Assembly (NCBI GenBank): GCA_964543385.1
Contig: CAZIYE010000002.1
Location: forward strand, 64,034 to 128,033
Reading direction: 5' to 3'
DNA from: an uncultured Candidatus Saccharibacteria bacterium
GTDB taxonomy: Bacteria; Patescibacteriota; UBA1384; XYA2-FULL-43-10; 1-14-0-10-43-13
Length of the DNA: 64,000 bases
Below are positions 9,397 through 20,594 of this stretch, piece after piece. Below the pieces are notes generated by a model. The model searched no databases, had not been told where the DNA came from, and saw nothing but the letters and a program-made list of their open reading frames with translations. Position numbers and translations under genes: made by a program. Position 1 is the stretch's first letter. Each line of letters starts with the position of its first letter.

Positions 9397-9738
9397 CTAT
9401 TTGATTTTTGCTATAATGGCATCAAAGGCTTTTGGATCACTGACTGTTAGGTCGGATAACATTTTTCTGTTTATGTCGATCTTGTTCTTAGCCAACTTTT
9501 CGATAAATTCAGAATAGCTCATACCATGGACTCTAACGGCTGCATTGATTCTAACTATCCATAAAGATCTGAAGGTTCGTTTTTTGACTCTTCTGTCTCT
9601 ATAAGAATATTGACCAGCCTTAATAATGGCCTGTTTGGCTAATTTGAATACAGATTTTCTGCGTCCCTGATAGCCTTTTGCTTTTTTCAGGATTTTCTTG
9701 TGTTTAGCACGACGTACTGTGCCGGTTTTTACTCTCAT
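9397..9738 (-). CDS. rplT: 50S ribosomal protein L20
   Basis: 113 aa: [28 protein letters not shown]... This is a typical L20 sequence. Confidence 0.95.
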   Translation of the reverse strand: MRVKTGTVRRAKHKKILKKAKGYQGRRKSVFKLAKQAIIKAGQYSYRDRRVKKRTFRSLWIVRINAAVRVHGMSYSEFIEKLAKNKIDINRKMLSDLTVSDPKAFDAIIAKIK

Positions 9739-9761
9739 TTTTTCTCCAATATGTAGACTTT

Positions 9762-9947
9762 TTAATTACTATAAGGCATCATTTTTCTAACTTTTTTTGA
9801 ATCGCCCTTGCTCAATTCCAGATCTATCTTTGTAGGATTAGACTTGTGTGTCAGGAGGTGGCTTTTGGCTGATTTCACCCGCAAAACTTTACCAGCTGGG
9901 GTAATCTTTACTCTTTTTGCAGTAGCTTTGTGTGTCTTTAACTTCAT
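9762..9947 (-). CDS. rpmI: 50S ribosomal protein L35
   Basis: 61 aa: [36 protein letters not shown]... It sits in the conserved infC-rpmI-rplT order. Confidence 0.9.
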   Translation of the reverse strand: MKLKTHKATAKRVKITPAGKVLRVKSAKSHLLTHKSNPTKIDLELSKGDSKKVRKMMPYSN

Positions 9948-9963
9948 GATTTTCCTTGATTGT

Positions 9964-10506
9964 TTATGATTTCTTTTCTTCTTTTAATGCAGCTAACATT
10001 GCTACGATTTGGTTTCCGGCTCTCATCGGTCTATTCTCATAGCCAAGCCCTGCTTTTTCTGCAAACTTATTGAAAACGCCCATTGCCACATCAGCAAATG
10101 CATTCTCCCTTCCTCTTAGTCTCATGGAAACTTTTACCTTGTCACCACTATCGAAGAAGTCCCTAGCTTGTTTCGCTTTATATTCAATATCGTGATCACC
10201 GATCTTAAAAGTCAGTCTTATTTCTTTTAATTCAACTTCTTTTCTTTTGGCTTTGCTTTCTTTTTCCTTTTTGGCAAGGTCATATTTGTATCTGCCAAAA
10301 TCCATAATTTTGCATATAGGAGGGCGGTTTGTTGGATTTATCTCAACCAAATCAAGGCCTTTATCATGTGCCAAAGCCAAAGCCTCTTTAGTAGATATAG
10401 AACCTAAATTACTGCCATCTTCATCAATAACTAATACAGGAGAAAATCTGATTTGCTCATTAGCGCGAAGATATTTTTCTTTCTTAATTATCTTGTACTC
10501 CTTTAT
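9964..10506 (-). CDS. infC: translation initiation factor IF-3, probably with a non-AUG (AUA/AUU) start
   Basis: The track ORF (9964..10380, TTG-initiated) encodes the IF3 C-terminal domain. The frame stays open upstream to a stop at 10522-10524. That extension encodes the IF3 N-terminal domain (...NEQIRFSPVLVIDEDGSNLGSISTKEALALAHDKGLDLVEI). The start is placed at Ile codon AUA 10506-10504 by analogy with E. coli infC (AUU start); its exact position is uncertain. Confidence 0.8.
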   Translation of the reverse strand: MKEYKIIKKEKYLRANEQIRFSPVLVIDEDGSNLGSISTKEALALAHDKGLDLVEINPTNRPPICKIMDFGRYKYDLAKKEKESKAKRKEVELKEIRLTFKIGDHDIEYKAKQARDFFDSGDKVKVSMRLRGRENAFADVAMGVFNKFAEKAGLGYENRPMRAGNQIVAMLAALKEEKKS

Positions 10507-10538
10507 AAAGTGAAACTCTGCTTAAAATATCACAAAAG

Positions 10539-11336
10539 TTACTTTTGGTCAACAGTTTGTTGGACATCTGACGTTGAAAGAGCTGTTCTTTTTCCAACTA
10601 TAAGTTTAAGATTTTCGTCAGAACTCTCAACTAATTGGGGTGTCTTGGCGATTTGATGGCCGTTGGACAATAAGGGGATCTGGGAACTGGTAAATAATCG
10701 AAGTGATCGTGCTCTAAAAATAGAATTATCTTTTTCTTTGGTGCTATTAATGCCCAAGAAGGACGAAAATCTTGACATCGTTGACTCTTTTGGGCTGATG
10801 CTTTGCAGGGAAATATCTAAAAAGTCAGGAGCAATTTTGCGCTGATTAGCATGAAAATTAGAGATTATTAATTCTTTGGTCTTCGCCTGTACTATATAAT
10901 CTTTGAATTCAATAGTTATAGCTGTGGGTGCTTTTAGATCTAAATTTAGAGTAGTCATAAAGGCTCCGCCATTTGCTGTCCGTCCTATTCTCATCTCAGC
11001 AATTCGTCTAAATCTCAAATTATCACATGCCTCTTTCCAATTGCGTGTTCCAATTAGGAGAGACAGATCATCTGAGGCTTCTATAGGAATAACTCCCATT
11101 GCTTCGCTTTTTCCACATAGGGCCCCTGCTATGTCGTTTGCTACTTCATCTCCACCGACGCCGACAATAGTATTGTATTTTTTGCTCAAACCAAGCTCGA
11201 CTAGCTCTTTTGTGCTGTAAGCTGTTGATGGGTAAGTAAATTCTCCTGAGATACCCAAAAATGATAGATAATTCTTGATATCTGCGACAAGAGACCTTTT
11301 CTTACATTTTTTCAAATCAAAAATGTAATAATACAT
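10539..11336 (-). CDS. diacylglycerol-kinase catalytic-domain lipid kinase (YegS/BmrU-like)
   Basis: 265 aa with motif NTIVGVGGDEVANDIAGAL, a DAGK_cat GGDG-type nucleotide-binding loop. Confidence 0.55.
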   Translation of the reverse strand: MYYYIFDLKKCKKRSLVADIKNYLSFLGISGEFTYPSTAYSTKELVELGLSKKYNTIVGVGGDEVANDIAGALCGKSEAMGVIPIEASDDLSLLIGTRNWKEACDNLRFRRIAEMRIGRTANGGAFMTTLNLDLKAPTAITIEFKDYIVQAKTKELIISNFHANQRKIAPDFLDISLQSISPKESTMSRFSSFLGINSTKEKDNSIFRARSLRLFTSSQIPLLSNGHQIAKTPQLVESSDENLKLIVGKRTALSTSDVQQTVDQK

Positions 11337-11363
11337 ACTTTTAGAGTTGGCTAAATATTAAAA

Positions 11364-11792
11364 TTATTTCTTGCTAAAGAAGCCATGTTTATCTGCTATG
11401 TCATCTACTTTTTCGGTCTCCAAAACAACAGGTTTTATTTCTTCTTTAGCCTTAATTTCTGCATTGATCTGATTTGGCATTATGCTTTTTCCAACAAAGA
11501 TCGCCCCCTCTTTTATTATCAAAGTTTTAGCGTTTACGTCGCCGTATATCTTGCCGGTAGGATTAATCTCTAATTTCTCGGTGGCCTCTACTAGTCCTCG
11601 TATTTCTCCAGAAGCCTCAATCTTTTTTGCAATTACTGGTCCTTTGATTTGAGCGGTTTCTCCAACGATTACATTTTCATCGCTTTTTACTTCCCCTTCA
11701 ATAGTTCCATTTACTTGGATTGATCCTTTGTTGTGAATATTCCCTTTTAGGGTAACACTTACGCCGATGATTGTGTCGACAGCATTCTCCAT
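11364..11792 (-). CDS. bactofilin (polymer-forming cytoskeletal protein)
   Basis: 142 aa with a periodic beta-helix pattern (IGVSVTLKGNIHNKGSIQVNGTIEGEVKSDENVIVGETAQIKGPV...) typical of bactofilin/CcmA. Confidence 0.7.
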   Translation of the reverse strand: MENAVDTIIGVSVTLKGNIHNKGSIQVNGTIEGEVKSDENVIVGETAQIKGPVIAKKIEASGEIRGLVEATEKLEINPTGKIYGDVNAKTLIIKEGAIFVGKSIMPNQINAEIKAKEEIKPVVLETEKVDDIADKHGFFSKK

Positions 11793-11942
11793 AATTCTCC
11801 TTGTAGTTAGTTATAATGATCTAAGCCCATGATAACACAAAGATTAATTTGATAACAATTGTATATAACTTTTTATATCCTTGATGATGGAGTCGATAAG
11901 TGGTATAATTCCAGATATTTCACCAGTAATACTTCGTAATAT

Positions 11943-14765
11943 ATGAATTCAATAAAAATTGTTGGTGCTAGAGAGCATAACTTAAAAAATATATCTCTTG
12001 AGATACCAAGAGATAAGTTGGTTGTTATCACTGGTTTGTCTGGTTCTGGTAAATCTTCCTTGGCTTTCGACACTATATATGCGGAAGGTCAGCGAAGATA
12101 TGTGGAATCTCTATCATCTTACGCAAGACAATTTCTTGGTGTTATGGAAAAACCGGATGTCGATAGCATAGAGGGGCTTTCGCCGGCAATCTCAATCGAT
12201 CAAAAGTCGGCTTCAAGAAATCCTCGTTCAACTGTTGGAACGATCACTGAGATATATGATCATCTTCGGTTGCTTTTTGCTCGAGTTGGAACAATCCATT
12301 GTCCATCATGTGGTAAACCTGTTACCAAACAAACGATTAACCAGATTGCCAATCAAATTATTCTATCTACTAAAGAAACTCGCCGTATTGCTATTCTGGC
12401 GCCTGTTGTTGAGGACAAAAAAGGTGAACACAAGGATGTTCTTAGCAAAATAACGAAGACCGGTTTTTCGCGTATAAGACTCGATGGTACTATTATGGAA
12501 GTAGATGAAGCCGAGTCGAAAGAAATGGACAAAAATAAAAAACATAATATTGAGGTTGTAGTCGACAGACTAATTCTTGAAAAAGATCATGTTGATGAAT
12601 CCACTAAAAGTCGTCTTTATGACTCGCTAGAAAAGGCTTTGTCTCAGGCAAATGGAAAAGTCATCATCCATGATTATGAGTGTAAAAATGATAAGTTTTA
12701 TTCAGAGCTATTTGCTTGCCCAGATTGTGGTATATCTATGCCAGAGATTCTGCCAAGATCTTTTTCTTTCAATTCGCCCCATGGTGCTTGTAAAACATGT
12801 CAAGGACTAGGTATTAAACAGGAGATCGATCCTCATCTTGTCTTGCCTAATCCAAAACTAACCATTTCTGAGGGGGCAATTCGTCCATGGGCCAGAAACA
12901 TTGCACATAGCGGTTGGTATTTTAGAATTCTCGAAAAAGCTGCAGAGAAGCAGGGCGTGGATTTAAATATTCCTATATCTAAGCTCTCGAAAGATGATCT
13001 AAATTTTATATTATTTGGCGCCGGAGAAGAGTCCTATAATATATCCGGTTATGAAGCAAAGTATGAAGGTGTAATACCTAATTTAGAGAGAAGATACAAA
13101 GAGTCAGAGTCGGACTACGTTAAACAAGAAATCGAAAAGTATATGGTGGTAAGGAAATGTCCCTCTTGCGGTGGAGCAAGATTGAAGAAGGAACTGTTGG
13201 GGGTTAAAATCGATGGTAAAAATATTTCCGAGATATCAAATCAAACTATTGAAGAAGCCCTAAGCTTTTTTAATCAATTGCCTGATAAACTTGACAAAGA
13301 GCAAAGGCAGATTGCTATTTTGATTATTAAAGAAATTAAAGAAAGACTAAAGTTCTTAATTAATGTAGGTCTTTCATATCTCACAATTGACCGTAATGCT
13401 GCTACATTGGCCGGAGGAGAAGCGCAAAGAATCAGATTAGCCACCCAAATCGGCTCTGGTCTAACAGGAGTACTCTATATCTTAGATGAACCATCAATAG
13501 GATTACATCAGCGAGACAATGATCGTCTTCTTCAAACACTCAAGGATCTAAGAGACCTTGGAAATACTGTGATTGTCGTAGAGCATGACGAAGATACTAT
13601 CATGAATGCTGACTGGGTTGTTGATATTGGTCCTGGCGCCGGAGAGCATGGGGGCAGAGTAATCTGTCAGGGCAAACCATCTGATATTAAAGATTGTGAA
13701 GAATCAATCACGGCTCAATATATATTTGGTAAGAAAAAGATCGAGCCACCTAAAGTTAGAAGAACGGGAAATGGCAATTATCTTGAAATTATAGGGGCTA
13801 CTGAAAATAATCTTAAGAATATTAATGTCAAAATACCACTAAACACACTTACTAGTGTTACTGGTGTATCCGGTTCGGGAAAATCGACTCTCATTAATGA
13901 CATATTGGCGAAGTATCTTTCAAAAACGTTCCACAGGGCTCGTGTGGAACCAGGAGCTTTTCAAAAAATTCTTGGCACGGAATTTCTAAATAAGGTCATT
14001 GATATAGATCAATCACCAATCGGAAAAACTCCTCGATCAAATACGGCAACATATACAGGTGTATTTACATTGATTAGAGATCTCTTTGCAGCAACAGGAG
14101 AAGCGAAGATCCGTGGCTATAAGGCAGGCAGATTTTCATTCAATGTTAAGGGTGGGCGTTGTGAAAAATGTCGAGGCGAGGGCGTTTTGAAGATAGAAAT
14201 GCATTTTCTGCCGGATGTTTATGTGACCTGCGAAGAATGCAAAGGTAAAAGATATAATAAAGAAGCCCTCGAAGTCATATATAAGGGAAAAAATATTGCA
14301 GAAGTTCTGGATATGACAGTCGAAGAATCTCTTATTTTCTTTAAAAATATCCCGTCAATTTATCAAAAATTGCAGGTTCTTTTTGATGTAGGACTTGGAT
14401 ATATAAAACTAGGACAGCCAGCCACAACTCTTTCGGGCGGAGAGGCACAAAGAATAAAGCTCGCTACAGAGCTAGCGCATAGAGGTACCGGCAAAACATT
14501 ATATATTCTAGACGAGCCAACCACTGGATTGCATTTTGAGGATGTGAAGAAACTGATTGGCGTACTATCAGCATTGGTTGATAAGGGCAATACTGTTTTG
14601 GTTATTGAACATAATCTTGACGTTATAAAAAGTGCTGATCATCTTATTGATCTGGGACCAGAGGGCGGTGATGGGGGAGGCCAGGTTATAGGAACGGGTA
14701 CGCCAGAAGATATTGCAAAGATATCTGCCTCATATACTGGCAAATACTTGCGTAAAATTCTCTAG
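11943..14765 (+). CDS. uvrA: excinuclease ABC subunit A
   Basis: 940 aa with two ABC ATPase modules ([14 protein letters not shown] and [14 protein letters not shown]) and zinc-finger Cys clusters. Canonical UvrA. Confidence 0.97.
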   Translation: MNSIKIVGAREHNLKNISLEIPRDKLVVITGLSGSGKSSLAFDTIYAEGQRRYVESLSSYARQFLGVMEKPDVDSIEGLSPAISIDQKSASRNPRSTVGTITEIYDHLRLLFARVGTIHCPSCGKPVTKQTINQIANQIILSTKETRRIAILAPVVEDKKGEHKDVLSKITKTGFSRIRLDGTIMEVDEAESKEMDKNKKHNIEVVVDRLILEKDHVDESTKSRLYDSLEKALSQANGKVIIHDYECKNDKFYSELFACPDCGISMPEILPRSFSFNSPHGACKTCQGLGIKQEIDPHLVLPNPKLTISEGAIRPWARNIAHSGWYFRILEKAAEKQGVDLNIPISKLSKDDLNFILFGAGEESYNISGYEAKYEGVIPNLERRYKESESDYVKQEIEKYMVVRKCPSCGGARLKKELLGVKIDGKNISEISNQTIEEALSFFNQLPDKLDKEQRQIAILIIKEIKERLKFLINVGLSYLTIDRNAATLAGGEAQRIRLATQIGSGLTGVLYILDEPSIGLHQRDNDRLLQTLKDLRDLGNTVIVVEHDEDTIMNADWVVDIGPGAGEHGGRVICQGKPSDIKDCEESITAQYIFGKKKIEPPKVRRTGNGNYLEIIGATENNLKNINVKIPLNTLTSVTGVSGSGKSTLINDILAKYLSKTFHRARVEPGAFQKILGTEFLNKVIDIDQSPIGKTPRSNTATYTGVFTLIRDLFAATGEAKIRGYKAGRFSFNVKGGRCEKCRGEGVLKIEMHFLPDVYVTCEECKGKRYNKEALEVIYKGKNIAEVLDMTVEESLIFFKNIPSIYQKLQVLFDVGLGYIKLGQPATTLSGGEAQRIKLATELAHRGTGKTLYILDEPTTGLHFEDVKKLIGVLSALVDKGNTVLVIEHNLDVIKSADHLIDLGPEGGDGGGQVIGTGTPEDIAKISASYTGKYLRKIL

Positions 14766-15796
14766 GAAATACGACCTCGCTGGATATTTCTATAAAATGT
14801 TTCTGAATCATCTTGCTGATATTCAGGAATCGCTATTTTAGTTGATTCTATATAGGACCAAATTTTTTCCTGAGCCCATAAGTAGCAAATGATGCTTTCT
14901 GCGCCACTATTTCTTGATATAGATTTCTCCCTCATTCCATCAAAACAACGTTTAGTTTTGCAATCGACCAATTGTCTGTTTAATATGTTGTTACCCCAGA
15001 ACCATGAAAAATAAAATTTTGCCTCTGATAAGTAGTGATAGTTTGAAGTTATCTCATAAGCCTCAATGTTTGCTATCACCTGGTAGGCGATATCTATTGG
15101 TTGCTGGTCGTAGAGTGATTTTTTTTGGCCCTGGCGATACCATCCTTTGTTCCCGATTGTTATAGGTGACGTATTATGTTTAGTTTTTTTATTCAAAAAA
15201 TCTAACATTGCTAGGCCTGCAGCAAATACATCTTTATCGAAAAAATTTCTATGATATGCAAAAAAACTCATAGGTACTATTGCATTTCCATATGTAAGAC
15301 TGTGTTCGATCCATTCCCATCCTTTTGAAGAATTCTTAACGTAGATTTTTAATAATTTGTTTTGCAGTATTTTTGCTAGAGTATGGTTTTCTAAGACAGC
15401 GCCGATAAGTGCATATGAATTTCCTCTAACGCTTTCAAATCTATTTATCATCGTCTCTATTCTAATCTGTGAATATTTCGTTTGACTTGTCTTATTCCAT
15501 AGTGCTAGTGCCCAATATGTTTGGCCAAGCGCATCTTCTGATGGCGATGAAGGAAGGGGATTTCTGTCTTTGTCATAAAAATTATTGCCACCATCGTTTT
15601 CAAGACAATTTTTTAAGAAGTCAAAATAAATCTTTATTAATCCTTTTGGCCCATATAACATAGTAAAAATCATAGCTCTGGCGGCATCATCTAAGGCGTA
15701 ACCGTGCTTTTTGTCTATCTTTTTTCCACTAGAATGTTGCCAGATAGAAAAATCATCAGTAAGAAACTCTAAATAACTTGTTGAAATACGTTCCAT
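14762..15796 (-). CDS. hypothetical protein (possible alpha/alpha-toroid glycosidase-like fold)
   Basis: 344-aa ORF with no clear motif. Aromatic/Trp-rich composition ([13 protein letters not shown]) is the only hint. Function unassigned. Confidence 0.35.
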   Translation of the reverse strand: MERISTSYLEFLTDDFSIWQHSSGKKIDKKHGYALDDAARAMIFTMLYGPKGLIKIYFDFLKNCLENDGGNNFYDKDRNPLPSSPSEDALGQTYWALALWNKTSQTKYSQIRIETMINRFESVRGNSYALIGAVLENHTLAKILQNKLLKIYVKNSSKGWEWIEHSLTYGNAIVPMSFFAYHRNFFDKDVFAAGLAMLDFLNKKTKHNTSPITIGNKGWYRQGQKKSLYDQQPIDIAYQVIANIEAYEITSNYHYLSEAKFYFSWFWGNNILNRQLVDCKTKRCFDGMREKSISRNSGAESIICYLWAQEKIWSYIESTKIAIPEYQQDDSETFYRNIQRGRIS

Positions 15797-15856
15797 TGTT
15801 TATCTTAAATAATTTGTATTAATATAAATAAATAATAATTTAAAGAAAGAGGATAT

Positions 15857-16294
15857 ATGCAAATATCTAGTTCTGCTTTCGAGAATGGTGAGAAAATCCC
15901 TCAAATCTTTACTTGTGATGGTCAAGATATAAGCCCGCATTTGCTCATAAGCGATGTTCCGAGCGAGGCTCTAAGTCTAGCGCTAATCATGGACGATCCT
16001 GATGCCCCCAGAGGAATCTGGACGCATTGGATAATGTGGAATATTCCACCACAGACCATCGATATCCCTGAGGGAGATTTTGTGGAGGATACTGTTGAGG
16101 GGATAAACAGCTCCGGCTCTCAGGGATATTCCGGACCGTGTCCCCAAGACAAAACCCATCGATATTTTTTTAATTTATATGCCCTAGACACAGTTTTAGA
16201 TCTGGGGGCTGATGCTGACCTCGAAGAACTGACCGCAGAAATGCAAGGACATATAATTACCGAAGCAAAGTTTTTTGGCACCTATGGAAGATAG
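15857..16294 (+). CDS. YbhB/YbcL-family PEBP (Raf kinase inhibitor-like protein)
   Basis: 145 aa: DDPDAPRGIWTHW...GPCPQDKTHRYFFNLYALD. These are PEBP family hallmarks. Confidence 0.85.
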   Translation: MQISSSAFENGEKIPQIFTCDGQDISPHLLISDVPSEALSLALIMDDPDAPRGIWTHWIMWNIPPQTIDIPEGDFVEDTVEGINSSGSQGYSGPCPQDKTHRYFFNLYALDTVLDLGADADLEELTAEMQGHIITEAKFFGTYGR

Positions 16295-16499
16295 AATTGT
16301 AATGCTCTCTAAAGATTTTTATTTTGTATTATGTTCATAATTTAGGTACAGGACATATAAATAAAATACAGAAGCTTTTATGTTAGACGGATTTATTTTT
16401 TATACAATTATCGCTTGGGTTATCTATGTTCTCTTGGTCACAGTTCTTATTTTAGTGATTTTAGCTCTACTTAAATATATTAAAGGATAAGGTCAAATT

Positions 16500-16922
16500 A
16501 TGAATACAGGACTAGATGTTTTTGATACAACAATTGAGAAGTCGAATAAAATCTTGAAATCAATAGAGCAGGATATGGGTTGGGAAAATCGTCGCAATCA
16601 ATCATATCTTGCCCTAAGATCTGTATTACATGCCCTGAGAGATCGATTGCCTATAGAAGAGGCAGTACACTTCAGCGCTCAATTAACGCCACTTATAAAG
16701 GGTATTTATTTTGATGGCTGGGTTCTTCTTGACGTGCCGGTGAAAATGAATAAAGAGGAATTTTTGGCTTGCATTGGCAATCAATTCAAACTTGATGTGG
16801 ACGGTGGAATTGAGAAGATGACAAAAATTGTACTCGAAAAAATCTTTGAAGCGATAGATCCAGGAGAGGCAAATAAAATTATTGCAGCGCTGCCAAAAGA
16901 TATTGCTAGTATTCTTTGCTAG
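16500..16922 (+). CDS. DUF2267-family protein
   Basis: 140 aa: ...ALRDRLPIEEAVHFSAQLTPLIKGIYFDGW..., the characteristic DUF2267 signature. Confidence 0.55.
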   Translation: MNTGLDVFDTTIEKSNKILKSIEQDMGWENRRNQSYLALRSVLHALRDRLPIEEAVHFSAQLTPLIKGIYFDGWVLLDVPVKMNKEEFLACIGNQFKLDVDGGIEKMTKIVLEKIFEAIDPGEANKIIAALPKDIASILC

Positions 16923-16982
16923 ATATTAAATTACTAGCAACTTTCTAAGTCAACTAGAAGCATAAATTGGATATGGGGAGAA

Positions 16983-18053
16983 ATGTTTGGAACAGAAATA
17001 AAACTGGCAAAAATTAAAGGGATAGAGATAGTACTTGATATTTCTTGGTTTTGGATATTCATTTTAGTAGCTCTCTCTTTTTATTTTTCCGTGGAATCTT
17101 TAAGCTTTAATACTTTGACTAGAGTTAGTCTATCGGTTATTGCATCATTGTTATTATTTATTTCAGCATTGCTTCATGAGCTATCGCATGCATTGATTGC
17201 AAAGAGATATGGAATGCCTACTAGAAAAATCACTTTATTCCTATTCGGCGGAGTATCAAATATTACTGCTGAACCGAAGACGCCATCTGCCGAACTTAAC
17301 ATTGCTCTAATTGGTCCAATTTCTAGCATATTAATTGGCTTAATCTTTATCGCCTTTTATTACATTTTTGCCGAATATGAACCACTAAAATGGCTATTTA
17401 TAAACCTTAGCTACCTAAATTTTATGCTAGCTATTTTTAATAGTCTGCCAGCATATCCTTTAGATGGGGGACGCATATTCCGATCTATAATTTGGAAAAA
17501 AATCGGCAATTTGAACAATGCAACAGAATTGGCTGCCGTAACCGGAAAAATTGTAGCTGGAGGCATGGTCGTCTGGGGTGTGATTCAATTTCTACTCCTG
17601 GGTATAATATCTGGATTGTGGCTAGCATTTATCGGAGTATTTATATACAGGTTAGCCGCTTCTAGCCCGATGCAAACTAGAATAATGAAAAAGATTCAGG
17701 GAGTAAGAGTAAAAGATATATACAGACATTATCCGCATTATTATCTGGGGAAGAATATAGAAAAGATTATGAATGAAACACAAGATGGGTTGTACGATTA
17801 CGTAATATTATCGGAAGAAAATATTCGAATTGGTATTCTCCCCGTGGAATTGCTAACTAAAGAAGATAGCATTATCTTAGGCGGTGTTATCCCTCTTAAT
17901 AAACTCAAGGCAGTTGATACGGGGGACGATTTGCTAAAGGCTTTAGATTTGCTAGAAAGAAGTGAGTACCCAGTAATTAGAATATTAAAAAATAATGAAT
18001 TTGTGGGAATTATCTCCATAAATGATATTTTATATTTCGTAAGAGCAGCATGA
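16983..18053 (+). CDS. site-2 protease (peptidase M50) family membrane metalloprotease with C-terminal CBS domains
   Basis: HExxH motif (LLHELSHALIAKRYG). Multiple TM helices. C-terminal CBS-like pair. Confidence 0.75.
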   Translation: MFGTEIKLAKIKGIEIVLDISWFWIFILVALSFYFSVESLSFNTLTRVSLSVIASLLLFISALLHELSHALIAKRYGMPTRKITLFLFGGVSNITAEPKTPSAELNIALIGPISSILIGLIFIAFYYIFAEYEPLKWLFINLSYLNFMLAIFNSLPAYPLDGGRIFRSIIWKKIGNLNNATELAAVTGKIVAGGMVVWGVIQFLLLGIISGLWLAFIGVFIYRLAASSPMQTRIMKKIQGVRVKDIYRHYPHYYLGKNIEKIMNETQDGLYDYVILSEENIRIGILPVELLTKEDSIILGGVIPLNKLKAVDTGDDLLKALDLLERSEYPVIRILKNNEFVGIISINDILYFVRAA

Positions 18054-18278
18054 TGTAAACTGCATTATAATAATACTGTGGCCGTTATTAAATTGCTCAG
18101 TGAAAATAATTATTAGTAATATTAATAAAACCAGAAATAGTATTAATCATAATGAAGTATGGGAGTTGGTTCAAAAAGTATTTAACTAAATATGAATTAT
18201 TTGTGAATTGTTGAAAAGTTAACACGGCAAAAGGTTGCTAAAATTAGTTACCGTTTTATAATTAACATTGGCTTTAGA

Positions 18279-18848
18279 ATGGATGATCAGATTAAAATTT
18301 TAGGAATCGCTGGTAGCATAAGAGAGGGATCTTACAATAGGATGTTGCTAAAATTTGCCAAGAGTTCGGCTAATCAGTCACTGGCAAGTATGAATATCTA
18401 TGATATCGAGAAATTGCCGTTATATAACCAAGACATGGAGCAAAATTTGCCGAACAGTGTTAAAGAATTCAAGCAGGCGGTAGCGGAGTCAGATGCGATT
18501 TTGATGGTCACCCCAGAGTATAACTATTCAATCTCTGGTGTCTTAAAAAATGCAATTGACTGGGCTTCGCGACCATTTGGTGATAATTCTTGGGCAGGGA
18601 AACCAGTTGCGATAATGGGGGCTTCTACTTCTGGCTTTGGAACGCTTCGAGCCCAGCTTCATTTGAGGCAAATATTCCTATATCTTAACATGCATCCAGT
18701 CGCTGAGCCTGAAATTTATGTTTCTTATGCGGATCAAAGATTCAATAAGAGCGGCGAATTAATAGATGATGATATAAGAATGAAAGTCAAAAATTTACTC
18801 GATGCCTTGATTATAAAGACAAGGTCAATAAAGGGTCTGTCATGGTAG
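18279..18848 (+). CDS. NAD(P)H-dependent FMN reductase
   Basis: 189 aa: KILGIAGSIREGSYNRML...VTPEYNYSISGVLKNAIDW. Flavodoxin-like FMN reductase signature. Confidence 0.8.
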   Translation: MDDQIKILGIAGSIREGSYNRMLLKFAKSSANQSLASMNIYDIEKLPLYNQDMEQNLPNSVKEFKQAVAESDAILMVTPEYNYSISGVLKNAIDWASRPFGDNSWAGKPVAIMGASTSGFGTLRAQLHLRQIFLYLNMHPVAEPEIYVSYADQRFNKSGELIDDDIRMKVKNLLDALIIKTRSIKGLSW

Positions 18849-18913
18849 AGTATTCGGGGATATAATCAATCTTTCTAATTGCATTTTAAGCTCAAAAAGC
18901 ATATGCTTGAGTT

Positions 18914-19831
18914 ATGAATTGGTTTACTATTTCGCTTTTGCCACCAATGATTTGGGCTCTCTCAAATCATTTTGATAAATATCTGCTCAACAAATTCTTC
19001 AAGAATATAGGTGGCGGTCCACTTATTATATTGACATCCCTTACTGCTCTTATAACTCTTCCTTTGATCCTGCTATTTTCTTCAGCTGAGATATCGATGA
19101 ACGCTCCTGCGATATTAGCTCTGATAGGGCTTGGACTGTTAGGAATGGGCGGCGGACTTCTATATATCTATGCTATGAGTAAGGATGATCCAAGTGTCGT
19201 CATCCCGCTTTTTCAGATGATTCCAGTATTCAATTATTTCCTAGGTTTAATTTTTCTGAAAGAAACTCTTTCCACGGTGCAGTTAATAGGATCAGTTCTT
19301 GTTATCGGTGGGGCGATATTTCTGACAACTGAGCAAGAAGGAAGAAAGTTTAAAATTAAAGCAGGTATATTTTGGGTAATGGCTTTGAATTGTATCCTGC
19401 ATTCTTTCTTTGACCTATCTTTTAAATATATTGCAAAATCAGAAAATCTTTGGGGGGCAAATTTCTGGGTTTACTTTGGCATGGCTCTTTTTGGAATAGC
19501 CATTTTGATATTCAGCAAGGATTGGCGAAACAAATTTTTTAGTATTTTTAAATACAATAGGACAAAGATAATTTCTCTTGGTTTAATTAGTGAAGGCGGT
19601 AGCATAGTAGCTAATTTGATATTCAATTATGCTTTGCTTCTTATGCCAATTGCACTTGTTTCAGTTGTTAGTAACGGTCTCCAGCCATTTTTTGTTCTCT
19701 TATTCGGTATTGTTCTAACAGTGATTTTTCCGGAGATCTGTCATGAAAAATTGACAACCAGAAACCTTGCGCCAAAAATTGCTTTTATTGCAATCATTTT
19801 TATTGGTACATATCTTTTAAATATTAAATAA
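18914..19831 (+). CDS. EamA/DMT-superfamily transporter
   Basis: 305 aa with about 10 predicted TM helices in two EamA-like halves. Confidence 0.6.
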   Translation: MNWFTISLLPPMIWALSNHFDKYLLNKFFKNIGGGPLIILTSLTALITLPLILLFSSAEISMNAPAILALIGLGLLGMGGGLLYIYAMSKDDPSVVIPLFQMIPVFNYFLGLIFLKETLSTVQLIGSVLVIGGAIFLTTEQEGRKFKIKAGIFWVMALNCILHSFFDLSFKYIAKSENLWGANFWVYFGMALFGIAILIFSKDWRNKFFSIFKYNRTKIISLGLISEGGSIVANLIFNYALLLMPIALVSVVSNGLQPFFVLLFGIVLTVIFPEICHEKLTTRNLAPKIAFIAIIFIGTYLLNIK

Positions 19832-19840
19832 GGGAAAAAT

Positions 19841-20590
19841 ATGAAAGTTACAATCTTAGGAAGTGGATCATTTATCTCAAGTCTTGACCATTTCGGACCA
19901 AGTTATCTCATCGAGCATAATAATAGAAAGATATTGGTTGATGCAGGGCAAGGAACGTCAATTCAGCTTTTAAAATTAGGGATCAAATTAGAGGATATCG
20001 ATTACATCTTCATTACGCATTTTCACGGTGATCATAATGCTGATCTACTTGCCTTGTTGCTTTGGCCAAAAATTGCGCAAAGGCAGGGTATCGAGATTAG
20101 CAAAACAATAAAAGTTTTTGGTCAACCAGGTATTAAGCAATTTGTTGATGATGTTTTTTCAGTCTTTTGTCATACTCCTGGCGGTTTCTACGAAGTCACT
20201 GAATTGGAAAATTTTATTCAGATTGAGGGAATTAAAGTTACCGCAATTCCAGTTGTCCATACCGATATTCCTGCTGTTGCATATCGGTTTGAATTAAAGG
20301 ACAAAGTTCTTGTTTTTTCCGGTGATTGTACTCAATGTGATGGAATCAAGAAAGCAAGCAAGGCAGCGGACCTTTTCATAGTTGATTCATCAAATCCAAA
20401 AGAAGTCGAAAACGAATTTCATCTAAATACTATGCAGATAGGAAGGTTATGCGAGGAAAATGGTATTAAAAAAGTTGTCCTATCTCACCTGACTCATTCC
20501 GTGTTCACTAGAGATCTCGTTTCGGAGGTAAAGGAAAATTATTCAGGTGAAGTAATCCTCGCTAAGGATTTAATGAGTTTCGAGGTTTAA
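19841..20590 (+). CDS. MBL-fold metallo-hydrolase
   Basis: 249 aa with the HxHxDH motif (FITHFHGDHNADL). Confidence 0.7.
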   Translation: MKVTILGSGSFISSLDHFGPSYLIEHNNRKILVDAGQGTSIQLLKLGIKLEDIDYIFITHFHGDHNADLLALLLWPKIAQRQGIEISKTIKVFGQPGIKQFVDDVFSVFCHTPGGFYEVTELENFIQIEGIKVTAIPVVHTDIPAVAYRFELKDKVLVFSGDCTQCDGIKKASKAADLFIVDSSNPKEVENEFHLNTMQIGRLCEENGIKKVVLSHLTHSVFTRDLVSEVKENYSGEVILAKDLMSFEV

Positions 20591-20594
20591 AATA

